Of a stretch of DNA of 64,000 bases, positions 1 through 13,300 are shown piece by piece (the stretch's first letter is position 1; every line of letters starts with the position of its first letter). A program made the translations under genes and the position numbers. This stretch comes from Tubulanus polymorphus (Eukaryota; Animalia; Nemertea), in the NCBI RefSeq assembly GCF_964204645.1, contig NC_134032.1, positions 12,326,275 to 12,390,274 on the forward strand, read 5' to 3'. A model generated the notes under the pieces. The model did no database searches and was not told where the DNA came from. It saw nothing but the letters and a program-made list of their open reading frames with translations.

Positions 1-402
1 AGTTTGAATTGTTGTCCTTATTGATAAACCTGAAGCAACTAAACCAATTTATTAAGTTCAACTTTTTTGTGAAACTGGACCCAAAACTTCTACGCCTGGC
101 CTAGGTCAAGTAAATCAATAACTATGGGATGATGTTATGTAATTAAATCAAAAAATGCTTTATTTAAGTGAGCTTTATTATTTACCATGAGAGCTGATAT
201 ATTTATTTAAGGAATGCATGCGTGCATGGTGTTATTACTTAATCATAAAATGTGATATTTTTGCCAGTAGAAAAAACTTTAAATTAAAAACATTGATATT
301 AATTCATTTTTATATATATAAATTATACGTGTATTTTTAAAAGCGTAGCGTGACAAAAATATGATTATTGTAATCTGTTGTTCTGATTAGATTGATAGTG
401 TT

Positions 403-1002
403 TAAATGGGGAACCGCAATACCAGTTAGCAAGCCCACCAGATGGCTTGACTAATGAAGTAGCAGTCTTAACATTAGCGATTTTCAATCAACTTTGAAGT
501 GGAAATTCAAAAGTACTGTAACCAGCATATTTGATACTAAAGCTTTGCCTCTGTTGAGGTATGAAAACTAGTTTCTAATATTTATCTATGCGTCTTCTAT
601 CTTCATATGCGTCAGTAAAGCTGTTTTCTACGATACAAAATACCGTAGATTGTGCATCTAACTCCAAAATACATGTGTCAGTTTAGTAATCTATGTTAGG
701 TATAAGTTTTGATCACTCGCTGAATTTAGCCATGTAGTACTGCACTCTTCTCTGGTCAGTGCACTAAACGAAGCCTGAGCTTAATATTCACCTACAGTTC
801 ATGGTGAATACCCAGACAGTACTAGTAGTCGATGTGGACAATATCATTGTCATTATTCCATCGATATTTCATTCTTTGGAAATTCTAAAATAGGAATCCT
901 TCAAGTTAGTAGAAGCTCCAAAAGGATACATGCATAAGATTGACTTCGGTATACCGGTAGTTTTCATTGAGAACTGGTGTATGGTAGAAGGTTCCCCATT
1001 TA
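403..1002. mobile_element. Possible non-autonomous DNA element with short TIRs
   Basis: taaatggggaacc at 403-415 and its reverse complement ggttccccattta at 990-1002, in a TTAA/TA-like context. Confidence 0.35.
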
Positions 1003-1395
1003 TGTTATTCAGTGACGAAAATTCTGAGTAATCTGTTTTTCAAAAACAAGCTGTGATGAAAAGATACAGTTCAGCAATAAGGTGCACACCGGGCTTCGAG
1101 AATTTCAAGATTTTTCCGCGACCCTGTTCGAATAATGTTATACTCGACAGTCTATTGCGTAATCGGGATTACGTTCAATTTGTAATTTACGATTTATTTC
1201 GCTGCCAGTACGTTTCATGTTGTTCGTAATTCAGTAGCGAATCGGCGTCGTTCATCGTCGAGGATGGTCTCAATATTTGCGATGCTGATTGAATATTCGC
1301 ACGAATATTTTAATCTTTACAGACGCGAATTAAACTTAACGCGAATCGTTACTTAGATCAACGACGACGTGAGAAGTTATCGTTCGATTGACGGC

Positions 1396-3071
1396 ATGGA
1401 AATGGAAGTAGCTCCGCCTCCTCTTTCAGAAGATAACGCTGCTCCGCTCCCTCCCGTAGAAGACGAAGATGCTCCACCCCCTCCTGCGGATGAAGATGCT
1501 CCACCCCCTCCTGCGGATGAAGATGCTCCACCCCCTCCAGTTCCACCCGAGGAGCCGTCTGTTACCGCCCCGGCACTTCCTCCTGATACAGATCTTGTAA
1601 ACCCGACGGTTCCACATGTCGAAGCGATGATTCGGTTCAGTGAAGGTCTCGCAGCTATCATACAGGTAATTTGTGGGGACACTCTAAGTAAACTGGGGTA
1701 AATTCTGGGGATACTCGGAAATGAGGACCCTCCAAAATTGTGGGGTATGATGGGCGCCTTGCAATGGGAATACTCTCAGAATACTGTTGTAATTTGTGGG
1801 AACACAGATAAGGGGAAATGTCGGGGTAACAAGTAAGGTACCTTCAGAAACAAGGACATTACCAGATATTGTGGGGCCAATTTTGGGCTCCATTAAGGAT
1901 TCGGTAATTTTTAGGTATACTCCTGGGATTCTTAATAGTGTAAGCATCAGGCTTTAGTTTCGGTATTTTGTTTCGTTTTGTAGGAGGATCCGTTGCTGTG
2001 TGATCTGCCATCGCAGTTAACTTTGGAAGAATTGAAATCAAAGGTGGCGCTAGAGTATGGTCAGGCAATGACCGTTAACGTCAGACGGGCTGACGATATC
2101 GTCATGCGTAAGTCAAAAAATCCCCCTACGACATCATCAGTTTGATGTGTAATGTTGATCCGATGCACGAGATGCGGAGATGATTTTGATGTATTTCGTC
2201 ACTGTTTAATTCTTATTGTTTTCAGCGGTGGTCATAGCGATCAACGGAACAGTTCGCGATTTGAAAAACGCCATCAAACTTTACTTCAACTTGAAGCAAG
2301 AACGAGAAAGTGAAATACGACGACCTAAACATATCAGCTGGTACGTGAGTTCGGTGCTGGTGTATTAACTGTAAAACTCTACGTCAGCACGGTCGCTCCT
2401 GTGCTGTCTTCCGGTTCCGCCATTAGTGCCACTGCGGGTTATCTATCACTGCTCTCTGGCACGTTCCTGATTGGCTGGCGATGTGAACAAACTGCTTCAT
2501 TCGCAATGGTCATTAAACAATGATTTTGAAGAAGGCTGACTATGTAACAGCTCCAGCGCCAAGCAAGTATTCTCGTTGTGGCAACTGGGGGTCAGCACCG
2601 AGCTGATGACGTCATAAATTGCACTCATATAGGGTCTAATATTTCCTCTTAACTGTGTGGAACTGGTTGCAGGAGTCAATTCCACAGTTATGAGTTACGG
2701 TTGACTTTGAATTCAAATTAGTTATTTTGACTTAACTGACATTGAGAACTCGAATAAAGGTGTTGGTGCTTTCTCTTTTTAATTCATAGGAGGTATATTT
2801 GGCGGACGTATTATCTGTATTATGAAGGAACTAAACTAGAAAATGATAGGAAAAAGTTAAAAGAGTAAGTACCTGTACCACTATGGACCCAGTTCTACAG
2901 TTCGTCGTCCCAAAGTATTTCTCAAGAAAATGAAATAATCTAAATTTGTGGTGCGAAACGGTATCATGATTGGGTTTCTAATCTTATTGCTATGTGAATT
3001 TTATTTGTAGTTATGGCATTAAAAATCGTGATGAAGTCACATTCATAAAGAGACTTACTGCAAAGAATTGA
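1396..3071 (+). CDS. SNRNP25: U11/U12 small nuclear ribonucleoprotein 25 kDa protein (ubiquitin-like fold), ~214 aa, 5 coding exons
   Basis: Exons 1396-1665, 1984-2107, 2226-2340, 2790-2864, 3011-3071 all have GT-AG introns and join in frame. The translation includes FSEGLAAIIQ-EDPLLCDLPSQLTLEELKSKVALEYGQAMTV, HISWRYIWRTY and KKLKDYGIKNRDEVTFIKRL, closely matching human SNRNP25 (DPLLCDLP...ALEYGQAMTV...HISWSYVWRTY...DYGIRNRDEVSFIKKL). Confidence 0.95.
1462..1539 (+). repeat. 27-bp coding tandem repeat (DEDAPPPPA x~3) in SNRNP25 exon 1
   Basis: The unit gatgaagatgctccaccccctcctgcg is repeated about three times. Confidence 0.9.
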
Positions 3072-6000
3072 AACCAGGGAATGCGATGAATCAGGGCATT
3101 TAGAATTCAATTAACTTAATGGAGAGGAGTCGCGGCATTTTGTATAGATTAACAGGAGGGAGGCAAAATAACAATATTCCTGATGAAGTTGAGACCGGTA
3201 AAATCGGTCCTAAACATGGTGAAAGCTTCTGGCCCCAGAAAAATCTGTTCTTTAGTTCAATGAGCACACTGTATCTTACCCTATGTGTGATGTGTGAATT
3301 TCATGAATTCATTGTAATCTAATGTTATTCTACTATGTAATGTATGCATATGATGTAACTACTGTAATCTTTTAAAGAAATCTTGTCGGTTCAAAATGTT
3401 CCAATGATTCTCAATATAAGTGGAGTAGTCTAGTTTCTTTTAATTGCTCAGTTCTATCCATGTATCCATCTGCAGCCAGAACCCTGCAACCCTCAGACAT
3501 TAGTCGTCAGAAGCTATCTTGCTTGTGTGTTCAGACATTTCTATTCGAAAATTAACACTTTCAAAACGGATCATCTGTTCAGGACTTCACCAGAAACATT
3601 TTAGATTAGAAATGAACTACAAACACCAGATATTAGACAATTTTTAGTACCAAGTTCCACGGTTTTGAGATTTGACTCAGAATTTTAACTCAGGGTGAAC
3701 TCTTAACTCATGACTGTGGAACTGGATTAAAGACCTGATCATCCACAATCACAGACCTTCAGGTGAATGTCTGAAAGGCGGTGTATCCAGGCTGTAGGTT
3801 GATACCTGCATCAACTCAATAACAGAAATCTCATCTATCTTTCTCATATGTCGTAATGTAAAGCATGTTTCATCGGTAAGAAAAGAGATTTATTGGAATT
3901 AAGTATCCGTGATATTTAACTCAATCTGTGATGATAATTGTTGTTTAGAAAATTAGACGAAAAGTTTGATGAATCGGGAATCTTGAAATCTTCAATGTCA
4001 AAGTGTGTGCGTGTAATACAAACACTTGATAATAAAATATATTTGATTTATTTTCAATTGTTGATGTCTAGTTAATTAGTTTTTTGTCAAATGAGGTGAA
4101 AAATTGGGTTGATTTGAATTGGTGAAAGTAGTCGTTGGAGCGGTATTCCTCTCAGTCTCTTCTCGATCTGCTCCCCATTCTGTTGTTCTAAGCTGTGTTC
4201 CACCCTCTCCCCATATCCTCTCTTCTTTGCGCCCTAACCTTAACTTCTCTCATCTTCTCTCAGTGGAGGATGGAAACCCTGAGAAGGTTGGATCAAATTA
4301 AACTACATCCGAGTCCAGTAAAATGTTTATGTAAATCATACTTTATTGATAATCAACTATTTATCAGACACAGTACATCATTCCTACATCCAGATCAAGG
4401 CAACTAAACTAAATCACGCTTACTAGATACACCTCTTGCACCTCGTTGCTATAAGCTATCTTATCGAAGCCTAGCTGAGTTATTTGATTGGCTTCATTGG
4501 GCATGGGAGGTATGAATCTATAATTTTCTCTTTGTTTCTTTTGTCTTACTTGTAACTGCTAACCCTATTGGTTTGTTCATTTTAACTTTGCTGCCCTCTT
4601 AAATGTAGCCCACATGTATATTGTAAGCAGCGTGCATGCCTACGCCACCCTGATTTAGTTGTTGAGACCCCACAAGAAAAATAACTTCATTTCGTAGGCA
4701 TGGTGACAATGTAAAAATTCAAGAAATTTCACAAAATGGAGGATTTTCTCTCTCATTCAATTGGACTTAAGGAGTCTTTTTGCCAATCCATCTAATTGGT
4801 ACAGAACTGGAAATATATCGGATATTCAGTTGTTGTCCACGATTTTTGGCATTCTGTAAAGACATAAATGAGGTATGTATCCCAAAAAGTAAGCAAAATA
4901 TCCAAGAAAAACAGGTCTCATCCATTAATAAATAGACATTAGTCACTTCGCTCTGGTTTTCTACCCCATTACTTTAGCATCACAGTGTATATTCTGCATT
5001 CATTACTTCACAATAATATAAAACATACGTACCTATATACAAATTTACATATACAAGTCCTAAGTGAGTTGTGAAAATTTTAACAACATACAATGTACAA
5101 ATACATACATAGCCCTGGATCTTTGAACAGGACCTGCCACCTCAAAATTAAAATACATTATCCCCATTTAAATTCTTAATTGTCCGGACTTTCATGTGTT
5201 CAGGACCACCTTAGACATGAACTACAAACATCGGACATTATATTTTATCAGCACACTTTGATCGTGTAGCTTTGCACCCAATAAATGATTGGATGTCTGG
5301 GGATGGGGGGTCCAGGCTATGCTAGATTGAATATATACCAGTAAAATATACATTTACCAATGTTAAATCACATAAATTCATTGATACAATGAACTCCTAG
5401 GAACCAATTCCACTAAGTAAAACAAGAAAGGGTTTAATGGGCGACTTCAATAAGTGATGCCACTGATTAACTCACATGTAATAACAATATAGTGAACACA
5501 AATAAATAATTGCATTTTTACTAAATGCACACATTTAAAAGCAAGAAAAGAATTTTTTTTAAATATTCATTAATTTAAACACTGATAGGGGCAGATTTAA
5601 TCTAAAAACTGGTCAATTTTATATCCAGAAAAAGAAAGTGGAAATCTCCAAAATATTTGAAGCTTAAAATCTTTTCTTCTTTTGGCCCTATGAAACTATT
5701 TTCAATTATTAGAAAGAAGTTCAGGCTTCATCTGAAAGCGATGAGGTCCTAGGGTAGAACCAAAATCAAGGGCTAATCTAGGAAAATTGGTAGGTGTGTA
5801 GTCCAGAAGAAAAGGAATTAGGGGCATTGCCTGGGTAAAGCAGCCATGGTGAAAACCGCAAGCTGGGTTCCATCATCTCAAAAGATGCATTTTCCAAGAG
5901 GATACCCAGTAAGTATCAGATTTATAGGTTTTAACAAAAAGGCAACCTCTATGGGAAGGCAAGGGTCCAAACCACCCCTACTAGATCTGTCCAATGTAAA

Positions 6001-6368
6001 TTGATATAGAACCCATCCATTGTTGAACCCATTCAAAACTTATATACATATTTATATCCTAGCACACAAAATAATAAATACGTTATAGATAGACCATAAA
6101 TAAATATGAATAATATGAAAAAAGCGATGATGAAATAAAGGTATAATTCGACAAAAGTAAAATATGAAGAATTGTGAAAAATAAACCATTAACGTCTACA
6201 AGAATCTGAAAGAATATGATACAAAATAGCTGTCTCCCTAAAGGGCATTCTCCGTAAAACTGTGTAAAATCACACAGCGATAAAAATTATGAACAATTCT
6301 ATGATTTTTGTTCGATTTGTTTCTTTTTTCCCGAATCTTTGAATTCTTTAAAAAATCAAGCTCTTTTC

Positions 6369-6704
6369 TACGGAAGCCCCTAGGTGACATATGAGATAAT
6401 TTTTTTCATAATTTCGACTTATTAAGTCGAATTTCGACATAATAAGTCGAATTTCGACATAATAAGTCGAATTTCGACTTAATAAGTCAAATTTCAACAT
6501 GAAAATAAAACTCGAAATTCGACTTAATCAACACGAAATTCGACTATTAAGTCGAATTTCGACTTAATAAGTCAAATTTCAACATGAAAATAAAACTCGA
6601 AATTCGACTTAATCAACACGAAATTCGACTATTATGTCGAAATTCGACTTAATAAGTCAAAATTATGAAAAAATTTTCTCGTATGTCACCTAGGGGCTTC
6701 CGTA
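6369..6704. mobile_element. MITE, IS3EU-like (TAYGG termini, 6-bp TSD)
   Basis: TIR TACGGAAGCCCCTAGGTGACAT...ATGTCACCTAGGGGCTTCCGTA. Flanking direct repeat CTTTTC at 6363-6368 and 6705-6710. The interior is built from palindromic ~20-bp AATTTCGAC/GTCGAAATT subrepeats. Confidence 0.8.
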
Positions 6705-7340
6705 CTTTTCACTCCCCTCTATCTCTGGATAAAGTTTGATATGTTTTTTTGATGATTCCAGCATCAAATATTTCAATGATTTTGTTTGATATTTCAGTGG
6801 AATGTTGGATATCTTTCGCACTGCTTTTTCTAAATTTTACACTAAGCCATATTCTCTTCATAGATTATGTCTGCAGAATCAAAATCCTGATTAAACAGAT
6901 TTTGATAAAGAAGGTTTGGCTTTGACTATTACAAACATCTACACACACATACAATCAACAATTTACACTTTAAAAATGTCTACATCACAACCCGATCCTC
7001 TCACAACTGTTGTTGTAGTCTTGCAACTTGTTGAGGATTTCTTGCTCAATTTCAGCATGGACTCTAGTCCATGATTTCAGATATGGTAACAATATTTGAA
7101 AACTCTTACAAAACTTATATGAAATGGCTGAAAAGAACACCAAGGCAATCCTCGATTACAATATAAAATGGATGTTGAAATCGATATTTCATTGTGCAAC
7201 ATTTGCCTGATCATCAGTTTAAGGACCTAGTAATGTACTGCTGAAATTGAGCAAGAGAATATCTCATGAAAGCTAGATACAAGGATTCAAATCGGACATT
7301 CGAAGTAAGGTGTCGATCCATAAGTTGAAATGTACTTTAT

Positions 7341-10300
7341 TTAACTGTTATCATCAATGTGTATTTCATCACCATCCATGAAATCGTATCGACTCATCGG
7401 TAGAGAATCGAGTCTCAACTCTTCGATTGTTCCCTTCTCTTTGTGACCCTCACCGCACGCTCGGTGGTACATTCGGAATGAACTGGAAAAAATGGGAAAA
7501 ACAATACATCAACATTCAGCTGGTGAAATATATGAGTTTGATTTAAAAACTCTTCGTTTTCATTTCTCTGATGATGAAGTTCAGTCAAAGCTTCAAAACT
7601 GTCAGAATAAATGATTAACCCTTTCAGTGTGTCTACACCACAGTGCGGTGTACGAATCAGTGATGGATTTTGCTAGTACACCGCACTGTGGTGTATTGAT
7701 GTAATTACTAATTATGTCTTATGAATGATGGCAGCACCTGTCAAACATAGTGAAATATTAATAACTAACGATACACCGCACCAGGGTGTAGACGCACTAT
7801 AGTGCTATTCCCGTTATACAACACACTGAGTGGAATTTTTCAGAATTTTCAAATTATCTTCAGCGCTATAGGGTATTAATTAGCCAGCACTGAAAGGGTT
7901 AAATCATCAACTGTGGCTTTTGCTCATTAACTTTGCTTGAAATACTGAGATTAATATCAGGCTACCAATCAATTTCTCACCTGATTGGTTTCAATAGTTG
8001 CTGGGAGACATAAACTCTGAGCTTTCCGACGCTGTCTAAAACGTACACGGTTCCTTCGTGAACCGGTAGACCTTTATATATAAACGTCAATGTGGCATAT
8101 TTTGGCAGATTGAAACCCAGGTCAACATCCACCAGGGGGCGCAGTTTACCTGTAAAATAGGAACAACAATATGGAAAGGTGATGAACAAATAAAATTTAG
8201 CAAATTCAGTAGCAGTTTTGAGCATTCTTGGACCAAAATTCCAGTTGTGATTTGCTGATTCTGGATTGGTTAAGATAATTTAAGATGAAGTAATTTTAGC
8301 TCGAACAGTTGAATTTAATTCAACAACTGTGCAGGTGAAACATCAAGTAACCAGCCTCTAGGGCGAAAAGGTTTTTTTTAAATAGATCAATTTCTTCAAA
8401 AATTCAAAAGTTTAGAATTTGTTAGCGAATTATATAATTGTTATCAAAACTTTTTCGACAATTCGTACCATGTTTTTTCTGAAGTTCGTCGTATCTCGGC
8501 GGTTTACGTTTCATTTTAGAGAAATATCTGACGAACTGACGTTCGGCCTTCTCGCGTTCAGTAGGCATCACTTCGCTACCGTTGAGCAGTTGAATATTAG
8601 GAAGACTGGCTAAAAATAGTTTCCTTCGTTCCTCCGGATCCATATGACATAACAGCGATACATCCTACGTTAGAACAGGTAAGTTTATTTATTGATTAAC
8701 TTCTAATTAAATGCACATGTAGGCCTACTGATTAATCGAAGTTACATGCACATGTATTGATTTAAGTTACAGTCACATGTATTGATTACTCAATGGCACA
8801 CAACACATCAGGGAATCTAAATGCCCTGGTATCTTCCACCCTGACCCTCGACCAAAAATTCAATTTTAGGATATCCTTGCAGAGGTCCCTTTTTTGCCGC
8901 ACCATTCCAGCACAACAACAAGACACCGAAAATTAGATTTTTCCTTGATTTTCAAGAATAGAATGAAAATTCCCTGATTTGCAAGAAATGAGCTGAAATT
9001 TCCTGATTTTCCTGAAGTCCTGAATTCCCTGATTTCCTCAATTCCTTGATCCATAGAAACCCTGGACATTCTCTATTAGAACAGGTATCGATAAAATAAT
9101 ATATTGGGTGAATCCATTTCATTTGTGGTACCGTACATGTATTGAAAATGAAAATTCAAACGATTAGATGATAATCGATTAGATTAAAATCAGTCAAATG
9201 ATAATTACCTTAATTCTGAGCGATTCTAGTTTAGGGAACCTCGACACGGCGTGTAAATCTTCCCAGGTAGAGATCAATGTTTCACTGACGCACAGCAATT
9301 TCACGTTCACGAATGGCTCCAACAATTTACGAAGTAATTTCCCGCACTTTCCACAGCCCTGTTCGCCCCACTTGTTATAATTCAGCGCACTGCCACTAGA
9401 CGTCGCCGTTGCTGATGCGGAGGCCTCGAGCGTAAGTTTTTCGGCGACGTTCGACATGAGATCCTCGACGAAATCGACGACAGATGGATTCTCCTCGTCC
9501 TCTTCATCGTCCGCCTCATACGATGAGTTCCCGCTGTCACCCATATCGCGTTCCGAGTCCCCGCTCGAGTTCCTCCCTCGTTCCTGTTCCGCAGCTGATT
9601 TTTGTGGACTTTCGTAAGATTTTCGGCGTATTTTTGTTGTCGGACAGGTGCAGATGTCGTTCACGTCTGTCTGCTCAGTGTCGGCAGACGGCTTTTTGTA
9701 ATAAATGTCTAATAAAGGATTCCCGGAGAGAATTAAAGATTTCATGTTTGTTAACGTGCGAAGTCTCCAGATCTCTTCCCATCTGAAAAATATACATAGA
9801 AATGAATGATAAAAATCTTTCTAGAAATCTGTTTAGAATTGAGTTCTTTATAGTTTAACAAACAGAATATCAGTTGCACAGTTGTTGTGACTTCGGTACA
9901 ATAGCGTTCCTAAGCTAAAAGACTAAAGAAGTTGTTTGATTCGCTATAGAACTAAGAAAAGCTAAGTGCAACTGGGCCCAGGATTCAGTTCCACGGTAAA
10001 ATAGCTCTTTATGGCTTCACTTGTTGAAATAGTCAGAATTATTTTACTTCTAATCTTTCAAATTAACTATTCAATCAATTAATAATCTTATTCAATCCAT
10101 GGAATAGAAAGAATGAATAAATGAAATTTTTTAGCAATCTTTTAGCAAAATTGTTTGATAAATCTATAGATATTTGTGAAGAAGAATTTGTGTTACAACT
10201 AAAAACTAAATACAGGTATCAGGAGCAACTTCATCAGCCGTTCCAACAGAACAATAAGTTGACTAGTCATTTGGTGTGGGGTGAATTTAAGTGGTGAATT

Positions 10301-13300
10301 CTATCTGTCGTACGTTTAAGAAAGCCAAGATGTCACATGTACGATTAATGAACCCTTCAACTGCAGTATATAGTACTATCAATGTAAAGGTCTCCATTAA
10401 TACGTAGCATATGTTACTACCATAAATATAAACACAATAGAACGTCATTCTAAAATATCCCTAGCCGTCAAAGCACATCATATTCATATACATCACATAT
10501 ATCTTTTGCATCAATCTACGTATTTTGTGAAATAAACTATGAATACATATGGTGTAATTCTGATACTTGGGTCAGATGGATTTATTTTCTTAAACCTGTT
10601 GGACAAGAGCCATTGGATAATAAACTAATTTTATAACTATCTATAAACAGATTAACTCTTAAAGACTTTCTTTTAGTTCCTAGAACTTTTTAAAAAATCA
10701 TCACAAAATACAACTTTTTTCCAAAGAGCGAATGATAAGATTATAGATTTGTCGATTCCAGGAAATTATAGCTGGATCAAGTCCAATAAGACAGCTGCTA
10801 TTTGTGTAAAAGTTGCCGCAAAGGACTTGGATAGAATCCAAATTTCAAAATGTGACATCCAATAGTGGGTTCATTGTTTGAAGAATGATTGTGTATTCCG
10901 GTAAAATTGATTGGCGATGAAAGATGTCATAAGAACAATTTTATAAATTTCTTATAAAGTACTTCTATTTTCTTTGAAAAAATCCATTGAAATATAAACC
11001 CTATAATATCTAAATGGCGCATGATGATCTTTATTCTTCAGAGGTCGCCTTTGAACATGAACTAAATGCTTTTCCATTGAGATGTGAGGGAACAGCCCTC
11101 TCCTTTTACATAATAGTTGGAGCCATAAGTTGACTTGGCTGAAAGGGTGAGATTATACCATCTGCTGCTATATTCATGTAATCTCAAATACCCCTCCCCT
11201 CATTATATTCTGACATATTGATCTACGTGTGAAATATCATTACGTAATGAAATATCAAATATCATGATGATACATATTTCAAGCTGTATATACACATATG
11301 GGTACTCTACTCTATCAAAACATTCCTAAGATTACCATATAGCCTATACCCCTTTCAACAACGGGGGGGGGGGGAGGGGGGCTATAGTAAGGCACTTAAT
11401 GGGATACTAAATAGAAGCACTTTTGTGGCGGGCAAAAGTGAACTTGTAATTATCTGAGACTGATGATGGCCCTCGTCCTAATCCACAACATAAATCATTG
11501 AAACCCAGCAGAAGAATTGGGAATTTAGTAGGCCTACGTAGTGCCAATATAGTGACGCATAGGTTTATTGTATATGACCTCTGAACTTCAAGAGAGTTAA
11601 AAATCGACCTGTACTTGAAGAAACTATAAAGGAAATGTTGACTAAGTTTCGGGGGAAACAATAGGTTTATTTTTAGAAATGATAGGATCTCCCCAATCTA
11701 TATGAATAAGAGGCACACTTCAAGGCTGCCTATTATGGATAGAACTTTGAGGTTAAAACAACTTATCGGATATAACAAACTAAGAATTTATCTTGACCCA
11801 AATGAGAAAATTTGATTAGTATCATAAACTGAACGTAATGAACCAGGCCCACGCCTGGATCCAGAGAGGGGTTTCGGGGGTCGTGATCGACAAGGGGGGC
11901 GAACAGTACTACATAATCGATACCATATCATCTTATGTTTGGTCAAACAATATGCCATAAACGCCCCCTATCAAAGATTTTAGTCGGCAGTTGAACATAA
12001 TGAACATTCTTTATGAACCCCCTCCTGGAAAAAATCCTGGATCCGCGCCTGAGGCCTATAGGTTTTGCTCTAGTCTAAGGGACCCATTTGAAATGAAATG
12101 ACATTTGACTTAATTTTAAAATCACATTACCGGGTATACAAATATAGAATTATATTATATCTGGGTAATTATGTGGTACCGTACTGAAGGTCTACCAAAC
12201 ATTTTCAAGATTGTCTATCCCAAGAAAAATATTTTGAGGTTAACTAATTTTCTTTGTCAAGAATTATAATTGGTGAATTCCGATGTTTGTTGCAACCAAA
12301 AGCTTTCAGAGAAAGAAAAGTAGCTAGAAAACTAGATTTCTAAATAATTGCCAAAAATAGCATATTATAGCATATGGCCTTCTATTGCATGGCTTTACTA
12401 TCTATTACAATGAGTTGTGAAATGTGTCTGGCGCATTACAATGAATACTGAAATAGCTTTATTCATAAAATTATGTCCGTACCACATTATTATGTAATAT
12501 CACAAAATTTTTAATTGTCAATATCTTGAACCCACAAAAGAAATGACTTTAAAAACGTGATAGTCATGTTGAAACTTCTGGTAATCTTCTCAAAATGTCG
12601 ATAAACTTAATTAAATTCAATAGCTCTTTATTTTTTATTTGTTTCATATTACTCTTACCTGGTGAATCTGTTTTCGTTGAGTCTCAAGCATTCAACACTG
12701 TCCAAAGCATCCAAATCTACATCTTCAGTTTTACAATAACCTACAATAACAATAAAATGGCAGTCATCCTTAACTAATCAATAATGTGTGTTACAATGTA
12801 AGGAACAAATACTTGTTACAAAACTATTACATTTGAGAGAAATGAAAACTTCTTAAAATCGCATTTCTCACCATTTCTACAGATATGGAGCTCTTTCAGA
12901 TGAGGCATCAATTTTGCTATTTTCATCACCTCTTTCCAACTCGCTGCGGTATCATTCAAAACTAAATTCTCCACATTCACAACGTCTTTTGTCCAATTCT
13001 CGAGAAAATTCTATAGCAAGAAAAAAGTTTCAGCCAAATTTTGAAACAGAAAAATAATTATCATTGAACTTCTTGGAAATAGATTATAAATTAATGAGCA
13101 CATGACCCAGGTCCACAATTCATGGTAAACCAAAATTAGTTGATTTCAAAAGATTTTTAAAGAACTTTAATTTAGCTCATATATAAAGTGTCAAAAATAG
13201 TTCATTTTCTTTTACTAAAACGCTACAGTCAAAATTAGTTTATGCCCATTACAATAAAAATTGGTAAATATCAATTTCTTAAACTCTCAAGGGTAGTTTA

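Noticed and set aside
919-929. U12-type donor-like GTATCCTTT on the minus strand (GTATCCTT also at ~57459)
   Set aside because: Not at any exon boundary. All reconstructed introns have U2-type donors.
1358-1682. Minus-strand ORFs overlapping SNRNP25 exon 1, and similar antisense ORFs over SLC20 and TBCEL exons
   Set aside because: Shadow ORFs of GC-rich coding exons.
3178-3232. CTGATGA...GAAAGC in the SNRNP25 3' region (a similar CTGATGA occurs at 11460)
   Set aside because: There is no stem II closing directly onto GAAA and no stem I, so it cannot be supported as a hammerhead.
4190-4700. Possible decayed LINE (CR1/L2) 3' end; a similar hint occurs at ~29380-29520
   Set aside because: Only a faint, frameshifted peptide resemblance. 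It needs a profile search.
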